Source: Octopus sinensis (taxonomy: Eukaryota). From it: DNA of 64,000 bases. The notes below the pieces were generated by a model. The model ran no database searches, had not been told where the DNA came from, and saw only the letters and a list, made by a program, of their open reading frames with translations. Shown here piece by piece: positions 52,975-64,000 of this stretch. The stretch covers positions 99,076,001 through 99,140,000 of the forward strand of contig NC_043000.1 in assembly GCF_006345805.1 (NCBI RefSeq), in the 5' to 3' direction. Made by a program: the position numbers and the translations under genes. Position 1 is the stretch's first letter, and the number at the start of each line of letters is the position of its first letter.

Positions 52975-53654
52975 TGTTTGTGTGTGCGCGCGTATGTATG
53001 TATGTATACATATGTTGATAGATATAGATATATATTAAATATGTAAAAGTACATACGTACACACGTACACACGAATGTACGCACACATATGTACATATGT
53101 GTGTGCCTCTGCGCATGCATGTGCATACACGCACGGACATCAGGTATGTAATATAATTATGATATCAATTTATGTAGAGCAGTGTCTATGTTTTCGATCG
53201 CCGCATTCCTAAAGATTTACCAGATGATCATCAAGAAAGAAAATACATGTTGTAAAAGAGTGAATTTGATGCCTATTCAGTCACATGAGAACTGCAGAAT
53301 GGAGTTATATCAAGTTAATGAAGTTCTCTTTCATGAATTAAAGTACGTAAGACGGTTTGTTCACGTCTTCGTAAATTAGCGTTTAGGCAAAAAGAAAATG
53401 ATAGAATAAGTACTAGATTTTAAAGTAGTATTGTGGATTTTGTCAACTCAACTTTTCAAAATAGTGCTACGGCATGGACGCAGTCTAATGATTGAAATAA
53501 ATAAAAGTAAAAGATATAAATATCCACGAAAGAGCAGTGATTCTTAGTTGAGATCAGCATCTTTATACGAAGAATTCACAGAAGTGAAGAAATAACAAAA
53601 AAAACATGTACAATTCTTCAATAGTCTTTAATATTCCTTGTTTTATTATTGGTA

Positions 53655-53755
53655 TCGAGCTGGCAGAATCGTTAGCACGCCGGCCAAAATGCTTAGCTGT
53701 ATTTCATACGTCCTCATGGTTTGAGTTCAAATCCCTACGAGGTCGACTTCACCTT
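53655..53755 (+). mobile_element. SINE family B, 5' part
   Basis: gagctggcagaatcgttagcacgccggccaaaatgcttagc...gagttcaaatccc..gaggtcgacttcacctt. Confidence 0.8.
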
Positions 53756-53783
53756 TCCCCAAACTTGCTGGGCATGTATGATG

Positions 53784-55309
53784 TACTGGGTCATCCCATA
53801 AATAATGCGATTTTTTTCAATTGTATGAACTAAAAGCTGGAAGGGTACGTGATAAACTGCCTGCATCAACTTGCTATAAAAGCAGGTAGTAATTTTACCT
53901 TGTACTTATTCTTAAAGCAAATTTTGAAGAGTGCAGTTCAATTTTAACAGTTATTATTTTAAAGCTATAATGGAATTGTCAAAGAAGCATATTCGGCATA
54001 TTTTGTTTTATGAGTTCAATAAAGGCAACAAGGCAACGGAAAGTGTGAGAAATATTAATGCAGTATATGGGAGTCGGGCAGTAAGCGTAAGCCAGTGTCA
54101 ATGGCGATTCAAGAAATTCCGAACCTAAAACCACAGCCTAGAAGATGAGCCTCGTCCTGGAAGATCTGTAGAGCTCGATGAGAACGTCCTGCAAATTCTG
54201 GTGGAACAAAATCCTACCGTAAATATTGAGGAACTTGCAGAGAAGCTTGGATTTCGTCATTCAACCATCTTTAGACATCTGTGTGCCAATGGAAAATGAC
54301 CACCTTCGGTTTCAAGAGGAAAAGTGTTCTTCTATCAGGATAATGCTCGGCCACATACAGCGAGAATGACATTCCAAGAGGGGCCTTGCAAGTATGCCAG
54401 ATACATGGAAGAATATTGTAGAAAATGAAGGAGTGTATATTTTAGATTTAAAAAATAACTTTTTTTATATTAATTTTGAAAAATAAGACAAATATAAACT
54501 AGAAAAGCACTCGGAGAGTGCAGACTTCCGCCAAGCAGCTCATTTCCACCCATATGCACGCATGCTGAAAATCGACCAATTTTCCAAACCAACGCCGGCA
54601 AAACATAACTTCCTTAGCGGGGGTAAAAGAATAACGCAGCCATATGATTTTAAGAAAAAAACCTTTAAAAACAGAAATCATCTGAAGCAGTTCACAATCA
54701 CCAACATCATCATCAGCAGCATTGTCATTGCTTCCACTTCAACCACATACACCGCCATCAATGTTATCATGACGGTTACCTTGACAGTCACTTTCACCAC
54801 CACAGCCAGTATAACCACAGCAATTCCACCATCACACAACTAACACTATCATCAACACCACTATTACCACCATCACTGCAGCATCACACATTACACCGCT
54901 CCTGTCGCCATTATAACCACCGATACTATTTTATCCTTCTCCCATACTTATCTCGACCATCGTCATCATCAACTCTGTCTCTAAACGCCAATGCCACCAT
55001 AGATTACGTGGAAACGATGTGTTTTCGAGGAAGATAATCAAAGAACGTAACATTGTAATACTTTATGTAAAGTAAATATAACAAATGAAAAATCCTTTTA
55101 GAATCCATAAAAAATCCCGGATCACTACCAAAATTTCATCATCTGTTCTTTGTGTCATTACTAACTTTTCCTGCAAGTTTCATTAAATACCGTTCACAAC
55201 TTTTTGAGTTATTTTGCACACAGACGGAGAGACAGATAAACCAACGCCAATGAAAACATAACCTCCTTCCTTGGCGGAGGTAAAAAACGCATTATGGAAT
55301 GACCCATTA
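53784..55309 (+). mobile_element. Internally deleted mariner (Hsmar1/cecropia-like) split by a nested insertion
   Basis: TIRs ta-ctgggtcatcccataaataatgcg / cgcattatggaatgacccat-ta; ATG at 53970 MELSKKHIRHILFYEFNKG...LEDEPRPGRS, QDNARPHTA, WKNIVENEGVYILD*. Confidence 0.88.
54497..55283. mobile_element. Non-autonomous Helentron-like element nested in the mariner
   Basis: Ends aactagaaaagcactcggagagtgcagacttccgccaag ... aaaacataacctccttccttggcggaggtaa: subterminal inverted repeat ccgccaag/cttggcgg plus 3' stem-loop; internal (CAT/CAC)-rich tract. Confidence 0.7.
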
Positions 55310-55351
55310 TTTAGACGTTAACCTTGGTATTAACTCAAATTGACATTACAT

Positions 55352-55765
55352 AGTGGCTGTGTGGTAAGTAGCTTGCTTACCAACCACATGGCTCCGGGTT
55401 CAATCCCACTGCGTGGCACCTTGGGCGAGTGTCTTCTACTATAACCTCGGGCCGACCAAAGACTTGTGAGTGGATTTGGTAGACGGAAACTGAAAGAAGC
55501 CTGTCGTATATACGTATATATATGTGTGTGTGTTTGTGTGTCTGTGTTTGTGCCCTCAACATCGCTTGACAACCGATGCTGGTGTGTTTACGTCCCTGTA
55601 ACTTAGCGGTTCGGCAAAAGAGACCCATAGAATAAGTACTAGGCTTACAAAGAATATGTCCTGGGGGTCGATTTTTTCGACTAAAGGCGTTGCTCCAGCA
55701 TGGCCGCAGTCAAATGACTGAAACAAGTAACAGAGAGAGAGAGTGAGAGAGAGTAAAGAGTAAAG
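55352..55765 (+). mobile_element. SINE family A, full length
   Basis: Complete head, body and tail with (GA)/gagtaaa end. Confidence 0.9.
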
Positions 55766-56039
55766 AAGATATGGTTCCATCCCCATAGAGTCTTAATTTG
55801 AACATTTAAAAAATGTTTATGAATACTTAGATGCTATCTGCAGACATACTGACATGAGTTTATAGCAGCTATCAGCCTAATATTTGAAACTGCAAATCGT
55901 TTTTTCCCAGTTGAGAAATTTTCGGTAAGCAAACTCTTCAAATAAACTGATTATGTTGTCAAGAAGTTAACTATTAGTTTCCTTTGGATATATATCAACA
56001 TTGACTAATTGACGTTAGGGACAATATTAACTATCTAAT

Positions 56040-56700
56040 ATTAACGAATACACTTGATTATGGTAACCGGAAACTATCCAGTGTAGGGCACATAAAGTCT
56101 TTCCAAAAGGCAGAGACGACGATCAGATAAGGGAATAGAAAGAAGATATACGAGCATCATGTCAGCTGTTGAACTTGCTAGTAAAACTTGTCAAGAATGA
56201 AGCGCTGCAAGCAAACTATATGTGTTGCTACTTACTCTAGAATTACACTATAACAAACAGCGCTCGTATACCACTCTAACTCACACTTTCGCTATTTCTC
56301 TCTTGTTCTCGTAACTAGAGAAGCAATCCATAATTACACCACTGCATAAAAACAGCTTTGGCTTCTCTTGCTGTTCTCTTCGAACCATCGTGTCCGATTA
56401 ATTTGTTTTTAACAATAAACACATATTGGTGTATTGAAACTATGACCTCTTTCTTTGATCCAAATAACTCATCTTTCTATTTCATCCCAACAGTTAAAAG
56501 GTTCTTTCTGTGCAGTCTTCCTGTTATAAATAAGAGTCAAATATTCATCAAGACGTGCTGCACCATCATGAAAAGTAGAAGACCATATTTTATAACGTGG
56601 CCTTTGAAAAAGGTCATAGATGGGCAACATTTGATTAAGGCGCCGCATCGAGATCTATTATCAAATGCATTTCAATGCAACCACCTCTTCTGGGTTTTTT
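56040..56700 (-). pseudogene. Decayed coding-like segment, possibly a Gypsy/Ginger-type integrase N-terminus
   Basis: QRKEVIVSIH...IGHDGSKRTAREAKAVFMQW resembles the integrase H2C2 region; downstream KDFMCP; many stops. Confidence 0.3.
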
Positions 56701-58024
56701 TCTTTTCATTTAAGAACTGAGGATGTAATGAATATTTTCTAGCCCTTTAGTGAGTGTGACAATCTATAGCATATCTTCATTATATAGTAGTCATATATTA
56801 CATAAGCGCATACCCCATGAACTTGTGGGGAAATATATTGAACTTCTCTAATACATATTCCATCGACCTAGAGAAGAATGAAAATAGCCAAAATTGACCT
56901 AGGCAACATTTGAATGTTAAAATATATTCTACTGTTCTTTTCCAAATGGTGTTATACAGAATTATATTATAATGTTTTGTATTTATTTTCCAGGCTTTCC
57001 ACTGCTATTTTTAATACCTTGGGTAATATCAAGAATAAAATATGACAACACTCTGTAAGTTTAAATTTTATTCAACATATATTTCCTATGTATTCTAAGA
57101 ATGTCTATTTATTTATTTATTGATGATTTCATTATTATATGGCTCCATATATGTATGCATTGCATGTATGTATGTATGTATGTATGTATGTATGTATGTA
57201 TGTATGTATGTATGTATGTATGTGTGTGTGTATGTGTGTGTGCGTATTTCTCTACATGCATACATATATACATAGATACTTAAATGTATGCATACATACG
57301 TATATATCTATTAGTTTCTGTATACACGTATGGAATAATATATACGTGTGAGTGCACCTGGGTGTACACGTGCGTGTATGAGGGAGTAGGTTTTGAGAGT
57401 GAGTGGTTTAAGTTTGTCAGCACTGACTTCTCTTTAAAGGTTCTTCATAACTTTTCATTCGAAATTTATATATCCATGAACTCGAAATAAAACATTTTCC
57501 CCATTTTAGAACGCTAAATTACCTTGAGATAAACTTTATTTTTAGTTAATGGTTTTTATGTATTTTTTATGATTATTTTTCTGAATTAGTTTATTATATT
57601 ATTATTTTCTTTGCTTTTTTTGTATTATCATTTCTGATGGTCTTATTATTATTGTCTTTTTATTTTCTAAAACACTTTTCAATTCAGTAAGAGTTTACTT
57701 CTATCCGTTACGTGTGTATTCCTTGGTGAATTTCTAATAAATTAAATTAGTAGCAGAAAAAGAATATAAAAGATAGATATGAATTTATACACGTAGTAAT
57801 GCGATGAAAACAACGATACCGTCAGGAAGTGTTTATGCTCGAATTGCTAGAAGTAGCAGCTAAGTCTGCTTCAGACAATATCCAATTGTTCTTAATAAAA
57901 GATACATTATACAATGAAGCCCATGGTATATAAAAAGACTAAAAGATGTAAATAAATAGAACGCACCCAACTAGAAGCACCGATACAGCCAGTAAACTTG
58001 CTAGAAGTAGCAGTTAAATTTCTC

Positions 58025-58480
58025 TCTGGTTAAGAAGCTTGCTCGCCAACCATGTGATCTCAGATTCAATCCCATTGAGTGTCATCTTGGGTATGTACCT
58101 TCTATTATAGTATTGTGTGTGAATTCGGTAAACGGAAACTGAAAGAAGCCGGTCGTTTTTATTTATGTGTGAGCGAGCGCGTGAACTTGTGTTGTACCCA
58201 TCAATTCTTGACAACCGGTGCTGGTTTATTTCTGTTCCCATTGGAACTATCCTTTTATTCTTTTACTTATTTCAGTCATTTGACTGCGGCCATGCTGGAG
58301 CACCACATTGGTGAGTTTTAGTCGAACAAACCAACCTCGGGACGTATTTCTTAAATCTAGCTCTTATTCTATCAGTCTCTTTTGCCGAATCCTAAGTTAC
58401 GAGGACGTAAACACACCAACACCAGTCTCCAAACAGTGATGGGAGGACAAACGCAGACACAAAAACACACAGATATAAAT
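58025..58480. mobile_element. SINE family A halves in opposite orientations
   Basis: 5' half on plus (58025-58240), 3' half on minus (58250-58480). Confidence 0.7.
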
Positions 58481-58518
58481 ACATGCATTATAATAACAAC
58501 AACAACAACAACAACAAC

Positions 58519-58581
<63 letters not shown>

Positions 58582-58584
<3 letters not shown>

Positions 58585-58783
58585 CCTTTCTACTATAGGC
58601 ACAAGGCCTGAAATTTGTGGAAGGGGGATAATCGATTACATCGACCCCAATGTTTTACTGGTACTTAATTTAGGATGAAACCCAATGTCGACCTCGGCAG
58701 AATTTAAACTCAGAACATAGACAGACGAAATACTGCTTAGCATTGCGACTGGTGTGCTAACGATTCTTCCAGCTCACTGCCTC
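58582..58783 (-). mobile_element. SINE family B with (TTA)n tail
   Basis: Reverse complement of the family B head at ~58783, preceded by a long (AAT)n tract. Confidence 0.8.
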
Positions 58784-58817
<34 letters not shown>

Positions 58818-58839
58818 TAATAATAATAATAATAATAAA

Positions 58840-59150
58840 TTCCCTGATGCAGTACTAGGCAGTAGCTCTCATATTGGCAAATTTCTGCTCAATACCACAG
58901 ATTTGCTTGTCAGTTGTTTGACCATAACCAGTTGAGCATGTCCCTTAGTGGCTGACGATACGTGCATCTCTGATCACGAGCAGAAGTAGTGGGGGAGCAT
59001 CATAGCCATGTGTTGAGAGGGTTTCTTTGGGGCGTGGGGCTAAGTCGATTACATCGACCCCAGTGCTTGTTTTCACGACCCCGAAAGGATGAAAGGCAAA
59101 GTCTCAATCGAAGCGAAATTTGAACTGAGAGTATAAGCAAGGGCGAAAAG
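58840..59150. mobile_element. Interspersed repeat fragment followed by a SINE B remnant (minus)
   Basis: accacagatttgcttgtcagttgtttgacc... block, then gattacatcgaccccag...ccccgaaaggatgaaaggcaaagtc. Confidence 0.55.
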
Positions 59151-59790
59151 CTGTTAATAATAATTGATAGACCATTGATTATCACACGCAATATCATCAG
59201 AGTCGTATCTCATGATTTATACACCCATAATAGCTATGAATTACGCCCATAGCAAAACTAATTATTATGACTCGAATCCTGGAGCTTGTAGAGATTATTA
59301 AAACTGTTTTCCGTAAAATATGGCTGCTGGGCCAACTTTGTACAGAGGTAGGAAATAAATCCATTGCGTTGTAAAAAAAAAACGGCTCCTAAGAATCTGT
59401 AGAGTTAATTACAATGCACCAGAAACCCAAATGACTTCTGGAAAGGATATTAACTTGTCACAGATTAACAGCACGCCGTTATAATTAACGGTCCGATCAA
59501 TACGTAAATGCATTATCAACATCGCTAATAACATATGATAAACTCTATAAATCTTACAAATTTAATGAGAAGAGAATGAAACTCACATACACACGCGCAC
59601 ACACATAGATAGCTATATCACAACAGTGCAGATACACAAACATGCAAAGGGAATAGTACACACACACAAACCGACACACACACAGATATGTACATATATA
59701 TATGTATTTACATGTATGTATGTATTTATATGTATGTATGCATTTATGTATATGGATTCATGTAAGTATGTATATATATGTATGCATGTA

Positions 59791-59876
<86 letters not shown>

Positions 59877-60704
59877 ATGAGTGAGAGAGAGAGAGAGAGA
59901 AAAGTCAAGGTAGAAAATGCTAAAATAATTTTATAAAAAACATTTCAATACCGGTTTTCTGTCATTGAGATTTTTTCAACTGTAAGTATGGAAAACAATT
60001 AAATTTTGGAAAAATTATATGAAAAGTTTTTAAAAGAATAGTATTCAAATACAAGGAGCATTTTCCTTGTTTCTGCCTCTGGGAAAATGCGGCCATAGGA
60101 GTGATTGTATAATCAATTAATTAAATATGGAAAACTCAAGAAAGCAGAACCTTTAAAATATTGCATTTGAAGATGGAATATGCTTTCTGTGTGAGTTCGG
60201 ATGAAAAAATAGGGAGAAAAGCTTAAAGACAAGTCTATGGTGACCTTGGGCAGCATAATGGTAATGTCGTTCAATACGATGAGACATTTTCTTTCCCCAT
60301 AGCATCCTCTTATAGGCATCTCTAACTGGGATTATACTCAATGGTTTATACTTAAATCGAGGAAGGTAAATCAAAGTTTATGAATTTTGGAAAAGGAAGA
60401 TTTTTTGGTCACGTTTATAGAAGATATGAGTTATCCTAGGTATCAAAATCCCAAGAGTGTTGGATTTTTAGGGCTTCAGAAATATGGATTTCGAATCTTT
60501 TGTCTCTAGTCAGAATAGGTTTTAATTTTTAATTTTCATTTTTTAATGGAAGCATGTAGTCTTCACTAAAACAACCACACCATTTATCTCTCATCATTTC
60601 TGAGCTGACAAGATACCATTGCCTTATAAGGCATCCTTAGTTGAACTTTTAGTTAAATTGCATCCTAAACTGATGTTTAATTTCTCTATACTTAATTCTT
60701 TCCT

Positions 60705-61128
60705 ACTCTATGTACAAGGCCTGAAATTTTGGGGGAGGGAGCCAGTTGATTAGATCAACCCCAGTACGCAACTGGTACTTAATCTATCGATCCCGAAAGG
60801 ATGAAAGGCAAAGTCGACCTCGGCGAAATTATTTGAACTAAGAACGTAAAGGGAGACGAAATACCGCTAAGCATTTCGCCCGGCATGCTGACGTTTCATA
60901 TTTCTTTATTGCCCACACGGGGCTAAACATAGAGGGGAGAAACAAGGACAGACAACGGGATTTAGTCGATTACATCGACACTAGTGCGTAACTGGTACTT
61001 AATTTATCGACCCCGAAAGTATGAAAGGCAAAGTCGACCTCGGCGGAATTTGAATTCAGAACGTAGCGGCAGACGTAATACCGCTAAGCATTTCGCCCGG
61101 CGTGCTAACATTTCTGCCAGCTCGCCGC
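60705..61128 (-). mobile_element. Two SINE family B copies in tandem
   Basis: 60705-60895 and 60900-61128 both contain ccgaaag.atgaaaggcaaagtcgacctcggc...ataccgctaagcatttcgcccggc. Confidence 0.88.
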
Positions 61129-61789
61129 TTTTCTCTATGTTTAAATGCCAGATCAGTTATAGTTAGAAAACATGAAAGGGACATAACTTAATATTTTTAA
61201 ATTCTGAAAGATCGGCTACATCTTCATCATATATAAGTATTTCAAATCCTTCCCATCAAACACCATATTTTATTTTATAAGGAGTAAATAAAAGAACTTC
61301 CATACAGAATTTTCTTCACAGGCTGATTTAGAATCTAAAGAGAGAGCATATTTTTACAACTGAATGTAACTAAAATCATATCTTTTTCATTTCAGTTGCC
61401 TGCAATATTTTTAAGTTTTCACTTTTCTTGTCCTGTATTTTCACAGATTCAATTATGTTATCACTCTTGCGTTTACATTTTCCCTACTACTTCACTCCTT
61501 TTACAGGCATAGCTTTTTGCAATTTACTTTTCAAGCAAAATTCAAAAAGTATAAAATGTTTTTCAAAAAGCTTAGAATATATTTATTATAGTAAATTTTA
61601 TGAATTGACAAAAACTAGATTATATCAAATGGCTAATGAGGAACCTTAGACGAAGTAGAAAATGCTAATGAAACAGTAGTAGAATAACTTGATGTCATTC
61701 AGAAATCATTGGAGTAAAAATGAGCCGACGATATGTACATATATGTGGAAAAAATGTGCATTTGTGTGTGTGGGGGGGATTTTTAAGTT

Positions 61790-62690
61790 TATCTCTACAG
61801 ACTTCCTATAGAATTGAGAGTCAGCACTCAAAGTTACGACGTTTCGTATAGGGATACGTTTATGTAGATATAAAAATTAGGTAATAGTGTATATACATAT
61901 TTCAAGAGTCATTGTTATTTCATCAGGAAGACATCCAACACATCAACTATTCACGGACGCATTGCTAAATACTCACTCACTATGTTTAACAGAGTACACA
62001 TATACGCATCCAAATACGTGCATTTATATATATGTTTTGTAATACTATATGTGTGTCTTCTCACTCTCTCGCTCTCTCTCTGTACTTGTGTGTGTTTGCG
62101 TGAGTGCGTGCGCGCGCTCACATATCTCTGGCTTGTTTTTCGAAATTAAGAAAACTGTAGTTAAACAGGTTTATGTTCCAAAGTGAATGAAAGAGATGCC
62201 AAAGTTCAAGAAGGTGAGCTACATGTAATCGTTCCTCGAGTAAAAACTTTTACCTTAACTAATCTTTATGAAGTAAATTAACGTGAACATGTATAATGCA
62301 GGGACCATTAATAGATTTTATAGAATACAGCTCTAGACATGATTTGGTGATATTTTAAATGCTTCAACCAAAAGTTAGTGTCACCATAGCCACAGATAAA
62401 ATTGAATTTTTCCAATTTAACTACCTTTGGTTGCTTAATTGCACACTAATAAGTAGGCATTCTGTTAGAAACGATTCAATGTTATTAGTGTTGTTTAGTA
62501 CTAAGTCTTTCTTTATTGTGCAGTCATCAGATAAAAGACGACGGACAACCCGTTTTATTTTTCTGTTTCGTATACAGTTTGTCTGGCAGTAGATTGTTCG
62601 TGTGTTTCTCTTTTTTAAGACTGTAAGATGTATGATTTTAGGCAGTCTTGGCAGATATTTTTAGCAGACTGAGTGTCCACGAAGTTGTTT
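61790..62690 (+). repeat. Paralogous block B, copy 2
   Basis: See 23210-24660. Confidence 0.8.
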
Positions 62691-62822
62691 TCTCGTAAAG
62701 TTACCAAGATTCAGTATCTTGTTACATATTAGACTTCGCAGTTTTAAATTTAATGAAATACGCTTTAGAGATTAGCTCTTTCGAAAGATACGATATGAAC
62801 GTGTTTGTTTGTGTGTGTGTGT

Positions 62823-62897
<75 letters not shown>

Positions 62898-63789
62898 CTA
62901 TGTGTGTGTTCTCATATGTTTTTATGTATGCGTGTGAAGGAGTACAATGGGGAAGTTTATGTTGGAAAACTAAGACGTCATAGTGTACATTTACAACAAG
63001 CGATAGTTAGTCTTCCCATGGTTGTGTATATATTGTGAGGGTGTTCTCATGACTTATCTTTCTATCATACAAAATACTTCTTTCTGTATTATTCCCTGGC
63101 GCTTTGGATTTTAAATAAACAGAAAGAACGACCGATAGAAATCAATACCTGATTGTTGTTACATTTGCTGTTGTTGTTACTCTTGTTGTTCTTGGTCTTG
63201 CTTTTATCGTTGCTGTTGTTGTTGTTGTTATGTTGCGTTGGTGGTTCCTGGCGCTGTTTGCTGATTCTGGTTAACATTACTGTGACTGATATTGTTGCTA
63301 TTATTGAAAGTGACGGAATAGAAGAAATGGAAGTGCACCGTAGAAAATTCCTTTCAATCATTTAGGTCTGTCTGTTATCCATTTCTGCTCTTCCTAGGCG
63401 CTCAGAACGTAAAAATCAGTAACAAATACTATATTTTGTCCAATACACTCTCAAACAATTTCGCCAATTCCCTGCTTTGGAATGACACTTTATTTTTATC
63501 GAACCCGGAAAGATGATAAGTGATAGTGATCACCTGAAGATTTGAACTCATAATGCTACTTACTCAAGCAAATAGTGCATTTTGTCAGCTAGTCTATCCG
63601 CTGCCCGGTCAAGTACTGGAGACAGTTTGTAAACGCATGTACTTCTTTTCTCCATATAAATTTGCACCGCGTTTCTAAACCTACAAAGCATTATCATTTA
63701 TATTGTTTGCAGTGGCAAAATATCAGGAATGGCAATTCCTGATATTCCTAACCAATAAATCAGTTATACTACTATCACTACAACTGCAA

Positions 63790-63808
63790 GTAGTAGTAGT
63801 AGTAGTAC

Positions 63809-63854
<46 letters not shown>

Positions 63855-63870
63855 TGTTGTTGTTGTTGTA
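63790..63870. repeat. (TAG)n/(TTG)n microsatellite
   Basis: Directly visible. Confidence 0.9.
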
Positions 63871-64000
63871 TTAATAAATAATAACAAAAACATTAAAATT
63901 CCATGCGTACTTTTGGAGCCAATATACAAGACCCTTCCCCATCACCATGACCACCGCAAGTTATTATAGGAGACGGGATTGGTGGTGGTTGTAGATAGGT

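Overview
AT-rich, microsatellite-dense eukaryotic DNA. The SINE and simple-repeat content looks like a coleoid cephalopod, most likely Octopus (inferred from repeat style, not from a search). I found no intact host protein-coding exon, and nearly all ORF-track entries are translations of simple repeats. The window is mostly transposon remnants. These include a near-complete decayed Penelope-like element (RT + GIY-YIG) whose two pseudo-LTRs each carry a type I hammerhead ribozyme motif, and a second Penelope-like 3' fragment with dispersed hammerhead-like pLTR copies. There are three mariner remnants (one interrupted by a Helentron-like element), a Helitron helicase fragment, decayed hAT, RTE, CR1/L2-like and RLE (R4/Dong-like) fragments, and several MITEs and foldbacks. 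Four tRNA-type SINE families and a 5S rRNA-derived copy joined to a SINE tail are also present. The most interesting signals are the hammerhead motifs, a set of retro-insertions stacked in (TACA)n tracts including a defined ~110-bp unit, the 5S/SINE chimera, many long inverted repeats, and local duplications. Coordinates were read by eye and are good to about 10-20 bp; identities are visual estimates.
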